From contig MU060195.1 in assembly GCA_013265495.1 (NCBI GenBank), forward strand, positions 62,001-126,000: a DNA stretch of 64,000 nt, in the 5' to 3' direction. Below, in pieces: positions 1 through 10,590 of this stretch. Under the pieces are notes generated by a model. The model did no database searches. It was given only the letters and a program-made list of their open reading frames with translations, and had not been told where the DNA came from. The first letter of the stretch is position 1. Every line of letters begins with the position of its first letter. Source of the stretch: Vicugna vicugna (taxonomy: Eukaryota). A program made the translations under genes and the position numbers.

Positions 1-899
1 TCCTCTGCGAGGTCGTTACGTCGTGAAAGCCGCACATCACCACTTCTCGGATTTCCCCCTCCTGTTCAGGAAGAGTTAAGTGGACGGAATGACCTCGGGC
101 CACGCGCCACTCAGCTGCACAAGAAGGCGGCAGTGCCACCTCTCCCAGCAGCACAGCCCACCCGCGAAGCGGCTCTGGCTCTGGCAGGCAGGACTCACCC
201 CCCGTCGGGGGGCAGATCCACTTTAAAAATGAGGCTCCACTTCTGGCGGGACAGCGTGCGGCCCACTCCCCAAGCCAGTAACTGCCAAAACCAGTAACTG
301 CACCTTACGTTGGTTACTTGTTACATTTCTTTATGCGGACGTGTCATATCAGTTATTGACATATGTAATTCTACACGTGTGTGTCGCACACCGCGTCCCG
401 GTCGCCCTTGTCTCAGCTGGAAAGAGGGAGGCTCCACTCAGAGAGGAGCCAGCGAGGCCCGAGGCTCCGGCCCTGCTGCCCAGAGCCTGGGTCACCCAGA
501 GGGAGGCCCAGCCTTGGCCTCGGCCCGGAGTTGTCGCTCAGCGACTTTGCCTGGGGGGAGAAGAGGCCCTGGAACGGCTTCTCATCTCTTCCCAGAGAGC
601 TGACTTCCTCTGAAACAGGTGCAGACAAGTCCACGCCTGAGGCCACTCTCACAAGCAGTGGAAGCTGCAGTGATGAGTGGCGGGGAGGAGGCTGCTGCAC
701 TCATTAGCCATCGAGGTTAAACCACAGACTGAGCAGTTTGCGGGAGTGGCTTTCGATAAAAAAAGCTGTGGGGAGGAGGCTTCATGTAGCCAGAGTGTGT
801 CTCAAATACTGGCCAGAGAGCAGGATGTGGACATCACAGGAGACAGAGAGCCCTGCCCAAAACACTGCCAGCCCCGCATGATGCGGACACGCCTGGGCT

Positions 900-1195
900 G
901 AGCCCCGGGGCTTCACACTGAGGGGGAGGCACAGACGTCCCCGCAACGAACACAAGTAAATAAAATGAACAAGACCCAAAGCCCCACGGGGGCGGCGGTG
1001 GTTAGCCAGTACCAAGAATGCCTACAGTGTCATATCGAGAATGCCAAAAATGTGCCCATGGGCAAAGAAACGGGTAAGTGTGACCTCTGGATGGGGAGGA
1101 GCCAAATGCCATAGTGACTGACGAAGACTCAAAGCAGCCGTCACGGCGATGCTCAAAGAATTAAAGGAGACCACGAGGAAAGAGGTAAAGGCATG
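900..1195 (+). mobile_element. Old L1M (L1MC/L1ME-like) 5'/ORF1-proximal fragment, strongly diverged
   Basis: GAAGACTCAAAGCAGCCGTCACGGCGATGCTCAAAGAATTAAAGGAGACC resembles the recalled L1M motif aaagacttcaaagcagctattataaatatgttcaaagaactaaaggaaacc. Confidence 0.5.
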
Positions 1196-1199
1196 TCTG

Positions 1200-2135
1200 G
1201 TGACAGCAGGGGAGAAAATATTTGCAAACCCTATATCTGGTCAGGGATTTACATCTAAAATGAATCAAGAACTCCTACAACTCAGTCATAAGAAGACGAA
1301 TAACTCATGTAAAAATGGGCAAAGTATCTGAACACAAATGTCTCCAAAAAAGACACACAGATGACCAGCAGGCACAGGAAAGAAGGCTCAACAGCACCAG
1401 CCACGAGAGAAGCAAGTCGGAGCAGCAGCAACACGGCCGTGTCCTCACGAGGCGCGGCAGCCAAAACACCGACGGTGGAGCGTCGCAGAGGACGCGGAGG
1501 AAGCCCTCTCCCGCCGCGGCGGGAGCTCAGAACGGGGGCCGCACTGGAAGGCAGCCTGGGGGCCTCTCAGACGGTCAAAGACGGGGTCAACGTGCGGCCT
1601 AACGACCTCACTCCTACGTGTACCCAAGAGAAATAAAACCACGTCCACAAGAAACGTGCACGCTCGTGGTCGTGGTGCATCACTCCCAGCAGCCAGCAGC
1701 TGGGAACAACCCAGATGTCCATCAGCCTACAAGTGGATGAATGGCGTGTGGCCCACCCGGACAGACGTGCTGTGCTGTCTGACTATGAGGCCGTGCCGTT
1801 CCGGCACATGCTGTAACACGGATGAATCCTGGAAACATTGCTTGACTGCGAGAAGCCAGTTATGGAAAACCACACATTATATAATTCCATTCATATGAAA
1901 TGTCCAGAACGGGCAAACCTAGAGAGAGAAACACTGGACTTGCGGCTGCGCAGAGCTGCGGGGCTGAAGGCTGGCGAAAGGGGCTGGCAGATAAAGGCTG
2001 TCTTCCCAGGGTGAGGACGATGTTCTAGAACCGGCGGCAGCAACGGCCGCGCACACTGCGAACACACCTAAACCGCTGAACGGGCGTGCTGGGAGGGTGA
2101 ATTGCGTGCTACATGAAATACCTTCATAACAGTGC
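1200..2135 (+). mobile_element. Old L1M (L1MB/L1MC-like) ORF2 end and 3' UTR, GC-shifted
   Basis: GGGAGAAAATATTTGCAAACC...GAACTCCTACAACTCA...AAAATGGGCAAAG...GGAACAACCCAGATGTCCATCAGC...ATTCCATTCATATGAAATGTCCAGAACGGGCAAA...GGGTGAATTGCGTGCTACATGAA follows the L1 ORF2-end and 3' UTR order. Confidence 0.8.
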
Positions 2136-5100
2136 TACAGTCGATAAACTCTAAAAACACATTTTTTGTTGTTATTGGAAAAGAGTAGTATTTTAGTCAT
2201 CTTTTTTGGATAATTGTGGATACTCGCCTTTGATTCTCAGCACAACCAGCAAGCAGGCGCACCCTGAAAAGCGGCTGAAATGCAGAACCTGGAACCGCAT
2301 CGGGGGCGTCTCGTTCTCTCTGAAGTCTGCTGCCTGCTTTGCGCTTTTCAGTGGAACTGTAATCATGAATGAGTTTGTGCTCACACACTGTGACGCACTG
2401 GTCATTTGGAAAACACTCATTTACTCAGTTATGCAGATCTTCCATATCTGGTCACAGTTTATCATACAATATCAAAATTCATCGCTTTTAATGCCACCAC
2501 TGGTACGTTCAGCACGTGTCTGAGGTGCGAAACCAACTTAACTCCTCCCGGCTGAGAAGCAGTCAGCGGCATGTGTCTGGGTTTGGGTTAAAAAAAATCT
2601 TTATTGTCTTTTCTGAATATGTTATTATATTATGATCGTGTTATTAATTCATAGTGGTAAAAATAATAATAGTTTTAAATATCTTTAAAATAAACAAAAT
2701 GTGCTTAAACTAAAAGAAAACAGTAGTTGGAACAACACAGAAATGAATAAACAGTCCTCACGGTCTTGGTGGGTGGGGGGAGACTGAAGGCTATAACTTT
2801 AAAACGTGACTTTCCTCTTTGACAGGGTCATTTTCATACAGTTAAGTCAGAACTGATTGTTTAAACAGCCTTGTCAAAATGCCCCGCATTGCTATGGCAC
2901 TGCCCTCTTTGCTGCAATCAGTTCACCGCCCAGTTTTTGATCTGCTAACGGCTATTGTCGCCACCTCCCGAGAATCCGTGACCCAGTCTTTCACTGAAGG
3001 GCAGTGCAGCCGCGTTGGAATCGCACGATTCAGCACCATTAAATCTCTGCTGGTTTTACTGAGGAAAGAGAGGAGTTAATTGTCTTCCGCTGATGCTGGC
3101 CATTCTTTCTGCTCCTTCTCCTTCGGCTTTGCTGCCCAAAGACTCACATTCTGTTTGCTTTGCATTTTGGGGTTTTTTTTCCTTTTCTTTCTTAGCCAGT
3201 CCTCCAGGGTGTTCTGCTCATATTTTTCCAATTCTGTTTCTCTCTGTTGCAAATATTTACCTACGTCTTTTAAAATAAAATATTAAAATTTTAACATCTT
3301 AATTAAATAATTGCACTCATATTTATATAAAGTTGTTATATAATTCTATTTAGCAGTAACAGTGCACTTTTTCACAATGTGTTATATTAAAATAGAACCC
3401 TAGACTAAGGGGAAAGGCTAGATTAAAGGAGATGGAAAAAAAGAAAAAGAGTATAAATTCAAAAGGTCACAGAGTTTGTCTTTTTATAAACTGGGGAAAG
3501 AGCTCATTTGGATTTAGCTTCGAAACTTGACACGCAGCACCGCTGTCTGCAAGGCAGACTTCTGCTGTCTTTGGACGTTTACAAAGACTTTTTCAACAAG
3601 CCAGTGGGAAGCGTGTCCTCAGCTACTGAGACGGTTGCCTCAGGTTTGTTCTTGGCTTTATTTGGTTTTAGGTTTTTCTATATATATTATCAGAAATGCA
3701 TCCATTGCTCAACTCCTAGGTATAAATGCTACTAAGCTTGCTTCTGCTCTGATGACATTAGCATGACTCTAAAAGAGATGTGACAAGAGCTGCTCTGACT
3801 AAAATTGTAGCAGGAAAGCCAGCTGCGAATTATTGGCTCTCCCGAGCCAAATCTAAGAGAAAGCTGCCAACCAGGGCTCCCAGGGAGTGAACCCTGTCGG
3901 TCCACATGGGGAGAAGTCCAGGATGGAGAGTCTGTCTGCGAGGGCAACTGTAGACTGAGCCCCCCAGGAGCTAGGAAGAAGGTGCCAGGAAGCACGGAGA
4001 CTCCCCTGCACCAGCACCCCAGAGCCAGACGTCGCTGCCCCCGGCTTCCGGCGGGTGTTCACACCGCCGAGTGTGGCCTCATTGCCTGTCCGTTTTGGTG
4101 TCTCCGCACGACTCCGCCTCTGGTGAAGGACCTTTATTCCACGGCCGTCATGTTACCTAGACGATGCATCCTGGGAAGGCAGTCAGAAAGTGAGACAGAC
4201 AAATCCGCTTCCTTTCATGGGGTCTGGGCGGAAGCCAGGAATGCGAGGTCAGACCCAGGAAGCTGGATTACTGGTCAGGAGGTCCCAGCTCGCCCTTTTT
4301 TCTTGAGACTGCTGCCTGCGCAGGGAATCATTCTCTCTGGCACCCTTGTCCATCTAGCCGCCAAAGGCAGAGCTACAGGGCAGCACCTTGTAATCGTGGT
4401 AACAACTAAGGCCTAATCGTTGGGTGCTGCCAGAGCCACCACAGGTAGACTCAAGTCTCTGTCGTGCCCACGGGCTTGACTTGGGGTGAGTGCTGTGAAC
4501 TACATCATGCTGTTGTCTGTCACACAACATCAGCGTCGGTGCGCCTGGAGGCCAGGGTCACTGCAGAAAGAGGATTCCACTCTGATGACTCAGCTGAAGA
4601 GATTTTCATGAGACAATTCCAGAGGTGTGTGCAGGGTTAAGGGTCCCAGAACGCTGAGGCACCCAGAAAGGTCTACCTGTGGGAAGCTGTTAGCGGCCTC
4701 AGGGCAGAAGGGGCAGAGGTGGGTGGTGGTGACGGGACCAGACCCCTGGGGCTGGAGCTCTGGCCAGGCACAGGCAGGAGCTGCCACCACGAGGGAGCCC
4801 ATTTGCTTCCAAACAGGAGGCAGGATCAGCTGGCTCCCATGTCCCCACCTCCGGCTGGCTCTCTCCCGCAGCTCCTCGCAGCTGGGGCAGAGATGCCAGG
4901 CAGTACAGTCCGCCGGGGCAGCCTGCCCGGTAGGAGCAAGGCAGAGGAGAGCAGGCTGGGGGAGGAGGGTGTCAAAGGGACCCAGCCAGCACAGCATCAC
5001 TAAGGCTTCTGTATAACAGGGAAAACACTGGAGGTCGAGATTTGGTGCTGATTTTTGTTTTAAGGAAAGCATTGTCAGCTTACAATGCTGTGTTTACTTC

Positions 5101-5420
5101 TGGCGCACAGCACAGTGACTCAGTCACACATATATACTGTTCTTCATGTTCTTTGTCATTATGGGCTATCGCAAGGTATTGAATGTAGTTCCCTGTGTTA
5201 CACAGCAGGACATTGCTGTTTATCTATTTTATATACAGTGGTTTGTATCTGCTGATCCCAAACTCCCAATTTATCCCTCCACCTCCCCTTCACCCCCATA
5301 GTTGCCATAAGTTTGTTTTCTGTGTCCATGACACTATTTCTGTTTTGTAAATAAGTTCACTTGTCTCATTTTTCTTACATACAGGTGATATCATATGGTA
5401 TTTTTCTTTTGCTTTCTGGC

Positions 5421-5620
5421 NNNNNNNNNNNNNNNNNNNNNNNNNNNNNNNNNNNNNNNNNNNNNNNNNNNNNNNNNNNNNNNNNNNNNNNNNNNNNNNN
5501 NNNNNNNNNNNNNNNNNNNNNNNNNNNNNNNNNNNNNNNNNNNNNNNNNNNNNNNNNNNNNNNNNNNNNNNNNNNNNNNNNNNNNNNNNNNNNNNNNNNN
5601 NNNNNNNNNNNNNNNNNNNN
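5421..5620. other. Assembly gap (200 N) inside L1
   Basis: N run. Confidence 1.
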
Positions 5621-5812
5621 CTTCTCAAATTAAAGTTCCCTCTGGATGTATGCCAGGAGTGGGATTTGCTGGATCATGTGGTAACTCTATTTTCAGTTTT
5701 TTGAAGAATCTCCATACCGTTCTCCATAGTGGCTGCACCAAACTGCATTCCCACCAGCAGGGTAGGAGGGTCCCCTTTTCTCCACAGCCTCTCCAGCATT
5801 TGTCATTTGTGG

Positions 5813-5948
5813 NNNNNNNNNNNNNNNNNNNNNNNNNNNNNNNNNNNNNNNNNNNNNNNNNNNNNNNNNNNNNNNNNNNNNNNNNNNNNNNNNNNNNNNN
5901 NNNNNNNNNNNNNNNNNNNNNNNNNNNNNNNNNNNNNNNNNNNNNNNN
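5813..5948. other. Assembly gap (136 N) inside L1
   Basis: N run. Confidence 1.
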
Positions 5949-7327
5949 GCTTGTTTAAGCCTTCTGCCCATTTTTGGATTGGGTTGTTTGCTTTTTTGTT
6001 ATTAAGTCATATGAGCTGTTTCTATATTCTGGAAATTGAGCTTAAAGCCTAGATTTGAATCCTTTTCAGGGGACTCAATTACTGAAGTGCCAAAGATCCT
6101 GCTTGTCATTTTAAAATGCCTAGTCAAAACTGAAAACAGCATCAGTGTTTCCATTTTAGGGCTGACTGTGTGGTTCAGGCACAGAAATGCCAGTGCAGTG
6201 CGCTCTGCGGAATTTGCTGTATTAAATACATGCATATTGTAGATCTTCCATTTTTGTCTTATCAGGAACCTCTTCGAAAAATGCTTGGGAAGTAACTCAA
6301 CTTTATTCCCTAAACCTACTTTTGAAAGAGTAGATTTGTTAATTATGGAAAGCACTTCGAATAAAAATTGAGTACCGTTATTTAGCATCAAAGCCCAAGG
6401 CTGGGGACTGGCCATGTCACCTTTTTCTCCTGCTTAGTATGCGCAAAGGCTCGTGCCTAGTTCCCATTCCAGCTTCATTGCCTCTATCACAGCACAAACC
6501 ATGCGCTCAATTTCAGAATGTCCCTGTGGTCAAGTGTGTTGTTTTTCTAAATTTTGTATTTTAACTGCTTTTTCATTTTATAACATGAAGCGCAGAATTG
6601 ATCATAGACTCCCAACATAAACCATATTAGTCAATTGTAAGAAGAAACATCTCTGTGCAAATGAAAATTTCACCTAATAGTTTTGTTGAACTGCAGCCCT
6701 TCTAAGGACAGCAGTTCAGTCTCCAGACGCAGCTGTCGCCACGCCTGGGGCTCTCCTGCTGCTGGAGCTGCGTCTGATGAAGGCGCCTCTTCCTTTGACA
6801 CCATTTGAGGCAAGTTATTTACACAATTGTGGCTCTAATGACTCCTGAGACTTTTCGTTTGTTGGTATTTTTATTAACAATGTAACTTCTAGGACTAAAA
6901 GTAAAATATATTTTACATTTTAAATATTTACTTGGATCTTTTAAGATCGGTAATTTTATAATCTCTTGTGCCTTCAGAGAAAAAAAAAAGTTTAAGTAAT
7001 TTAAACATATCTTTCCTTGAAACACAGTGAAGTTTTGTAAATGGCTTCTACTTCAGGACAGATCCACGTTCACCTTTCAACTCTTCCTGACCCCCGTTGA
7101 CTGGTACCTTTCATGTGCACTCACGCACAAACGCAACACACACATACATTACGGCACTAGAAAACATACATGGAGCAAGATCACATGGATGACCCAGAAA
7201 CTGTATGATTTCTATATTTGAAAACAAAGGGATCATATTGCAGAACCCCCAGTTACAGACGAGTGGCTTAATGCCCAATTCAGGTCAAAGAGGGGACCTC
7301 TGGATAAGTTAAATAAATGCATTTTCT

Positions 7328-8193
7328 GCTCCATATCACTAACTATCAGAGAAATGCAAATCAAAACTACAACAAGGTATCACCTCACACCAGTCAGAAT
7401 GGCCATCCTTCAAAAGTCCACAGACGATAAATGCTGGAGAGGCTGTGGAGAAAAGGGGACCCTCCTACACTGTGGTGGGAATGCAGTTTGGTGCAGCCAC
7501 TGTGGAAAACAGTGTGGAGATTCCTCAAAAGACTAGGAATAGACTGACCATGTGACCCAGCAATCCCGTTCCTGGGCATATTTCCAGGAGGAACCTTAAT
7601 TCAAAAAGACACCTGCACCCCAATGTTCACAGCAGCACTATTTAACAGCAGCACTCAGTAGTCAAGACATGGAAACAGCCTAAATGTCCATTGACAAATG
7701 ACTGGATAAAGAAGTTGTGGTATATTTATACAATGGAATACTACTCAGCCATAAAGATGATAAAATAAAGCCATTTGCGGCAACATAGATAGGCCTGAAG
7801 ATTGTCATCCTAAGTGAAATAAGTCAGAAAGAGAAAGAAAAATACCATATGATATCGCTTATATGTGGAATCTAAAAAACAAACAAACAAACTAATTCAC
7901 AAAACAGAAACAGACTCACAGACACAGAAGACAAACTTACGGTTACAGGGGGGAAGGATGGGAGGGATAAATTGAGAGTTTGAGATTTGCAAATACTGAC
8001 TGGTATGTATAAAATAGATAAATATGTTTATATTTTATAGTACACAGAAATATATTCAATATCTTGTAGTAGCTTATGGTAAAAAAGAATATGAAAATGA
8101 ATGTATGTACATCCATGTATGACTGAAGAATTGTGCTGTACACCAGAAATTAACACAACATTGTAAACTGACTATACCTCAAAAAAAGTAATA
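7328..8193 (+). mobile_element. Young 5'-truncated camelid L1 with poly(A) and about 16 bp TSD
   Basis: Encodes an ORF2p C-terminal remnant ([18 protein letters not shown]), followed by a typical 3' UTR and A tail. Flanked by AATAAATGCATTTTCT (7312-7327) and AATAAATGCGTTTTCT (about 8194-8209). Confidence 0.95.
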
Positions 8194-8699
8194 AATAAAT
8201 GCGTTTTCTTCACTAAACTCCAGCAACACTCCCTGCTTTGAGGCTTTGAGGAACATTCTGCAGCCTTAGGGGCTGGCTGTGCTCTGCTATACTCTGTGCA
8301 CCCAGGGAGCAGCCATGGCATGTGTTGTGTGTCTACTGGCAAAAGAGCTCCGCTCAGTGAAGTGACACCTGTCACAGTGGACCCCTCGCATGGACGCAGG
8401 AGCCAGTCCTGCGCTTACCTTGAGGCTTTTCCAACACCTGCCCCCAGTGAGCAGTAAGCTGCCAGAGACGGCAAACACATCTCCCACACGGTCCTCCTGC
8501 AGGGGCGCTTCCTTCTGCTGCCTCGCCAGAGGGGTCCCGCTGTCAGTGCACTGCCCCCCAGCACCCTGGGCACAGACGCACCGCCCTCCAGGGCCAGGAA
8601 GCCCCTGCAGGCGCACAGCCGGCGCTTCTCTGGCTGCATGGCTGTTTCTGGTGAGTTCACAGCTCTGAATACTGCTGTACGCCCGTGACTCTCAGACTG

Positions 8700-9695
8700 G
8701 CATCTTCACCCTGGGTGTCTCCCGTCCTCACACGTACGTACTCAAACACCTTGGCGGCATCTGTATTTGGATGCCGAACAAATATTCCAAATATAACGTG
8801 TGCGAAATGGAACTCCTAGTCTCTCCCGAAAACCTGCTACACCCCAGCATTCCTGTCTCAGTCATAGCTCTCCCCTGTTCAGGCTCTCCGGCCTGAAATC
8901 TGGCGTCACCCTCTGCTGCCGTCTTTCTCCCACACCCCACGCGTAATACACCCCAACCCTCAGGGTCCCCAAGCACGTGGGGAGGTGGAGGTCCACTGCC
9001 CCCTCACCTCCTCATGGCTGCTGCTGCCCCGGTCATCGCCACAGCCTCTGGCTGCTGTCCTGGCCCCGCACCTGCTGTCCTGCTGTTATTCTCAACGTCG
9101 CAGCTGGTGGGATCCTCTTCAACTTAACCAGATCAGTCCACGGTTTCACTCAAAACCTTCTGATGGCTCAGACTAAAAACCAAGGTCCACAAGATCCCAA
9201 ATGGTTCAGACCTGAGTCATTTCCACCCACAAGTCTCCTCCCTCACTAACATCACTGCAGGCACAGCCCTCCTTGCTGCTCTTGGGACATCCCAGACGCG
9301 GTTCGGCATCCATCTCATCATTCCTGTTGTTCCCTGATACCTTCCTGGCTGCTGCCACCCCTGCTCCAGGTGGGGTTCCTGCTCAGGCGTCGTCCCCTCA
9401 GTGAGCCCCACGCTGACCCCTGTGTTCAGTTCCAGTCCAGCATCCCTTCCCTGCCCACACCTCCAGCCCTCCCTGCTCTGCTCCATTCTTCCCTAGTGCT
9501 TATCCCCTGTAACACATCACAGAATTTATTTATTATTTGTTTTTTCTCAGTCCCCCACTAGAATATCCTTCCCCCTTGGCAGGGATTATTGTCTATTGTT
9601 TAAACCACCACTTCCCAAGTCCACAGAACAGTCCTTAGTTCGCAGTAGCTCACAGATTTATCATATGCAAGAAATATTTGTTGAATGAATGAAAT
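8700..9695 (+). mobile_element. L2 (L2a-like) 3' portion
   Basis: TATTTGGATGCCGAACAAATATTCCAAATATAACGTGTGCGAAATGGAACTCC, CTGTTATTCTCAACGTCGCAGC, TCAAAACCTTCTGATGGCTC and the terminal AAATATTTGTTGAATGAATGAA match L2 in order. Confidence 0.75.
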
Positions 9696-10137
9696 GCAGG
9701 TCCCCAAAGTCAACCTCCATCTTCAAGGGAAATTCAATGGTGCCGTGCCCAACTCCCAGTGGCCCCTGGTACTGATCAGCCTAACTGCTGATTGATAAAT
9801 GTGGGCAGACCAGACCCCTGTGGTCATCTGTGGAAAATCAGCAGCCTGAAAGAGAATAAGCAAACTAAACAAGCAATTAAAATGACCCCTAAAAACAAGC
9901 AAATAAAAACAGACAATATAGACACAGGATGTAACATTTAAAAGAAAAAAAAGTGAAACTTGACTTCAGGGACTATCACATCCAAAAAAGAAGCGCAGGC
10001 TGCAAAAGGCGCCGTTCAGAGCCAGAACGGCCCCTTGGAATCTAGAAACGTACTTGCTAAACTTAAAAGTCAACAAACGGATGACGCCGCGTTAGCAGAC
10101 GCTCCAAGTAACTGAACTGGTAACTTGAAACTGCGTC

Positions 10138-10590
10138 TTTTGTTATTTTTACATTTTTTTAATTAAAACCTTTTTTACTGACATAGGGTCGGTTTACGAT
10201 GTTGTGTTAATTTCTGGTGTACAGCGCAGTGATTCAACATAAACTACCCAACCCAAAAATGGCAGAAGACCTAAACGAGCAATTCTCCAGTGAAGATGTA
10301 CAGATGCCAAGAGGCATAAGAAAAAGTGCTCAGGATTGCCAATTATCAGAGAAATGCAAATAAAACTACAATGAGGTGTCACCTCACACCAGTCAGAATG
10401 GCCATCATTCAAAAATCCACAAATGACAAATGCCGGAGAGGCTGTGGAGAAAAGGGCACCCTCCCACACTGCTGGTGGGAATGCANNNNNNNNNNNNNNN
10501 NNNNNNNNNNNNNNNNNNNNNNNNNNNNNNNNNNNNNNNNNNNNNNNNNNNNNNNNNNNNNNNNNNNNNNNNNNNNNNNNNNNNNNNNNN
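10138..10590 (-). mobile_element. Young camelid L1 with 5' inversion (3' end on - strand, ORF2 segment on + strand), ending in a 105 N gap
   Basis: 10138-10241 is a T tail plus reverse-complement L1 3' end (GTTGTGTTAATTTCTGGTGTACAGC). 10241-10485 is sense ORF2 (CCAAAAATGGCAGAAGACCTAAAC...CACCTCACACCAGTCAGAATGGCC). Confidence 0.85.
10486..10590. other. Assembly gap (105 N)
   Basis: N run. Confidence 1.

Larger units (their letters stand above)
5056..6039 (-). mobile_element. 5'-truncated camelid L1 (3' UTR and ORF2 end), containing two assembly gaps
   Basis: T-rich tail at about 5060, L1 3' UTR (TTGAATGTAGTTCCCTGTG...), and ORF2-derived TGGCTGCACCAAACTGCATTCCCACCAGCAG and CTGCCCATTTTTGGATTGGG. 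It is the reverse-complement homologue of the 7328-8193 copy. Confidence 0.9.

Noticed and set aside
2850-3110. SOX/forkhead-like words and a REST left half-site (TTCAGCACC at 3029)
   Set aside because: Isolated short motifs with no REST right half-site; not distinguishable from background without conservation data.
6724-6776. 11-bp inverted repeat CAGACGCAGCT...AGCTGCGTCTG (pre-miRNA-like)
   Set aside because: The inner 31 nt pair poorly, and roughly one such repeat is expected by chance in 64 kb.
7354-7536. [25 protein letters not shown]... (and the similar ORF at 10326-10607)
   Set aside because: These are C-terminal remnants of L1 ORF2p in 5'-truncated L1 copies, not host genes.
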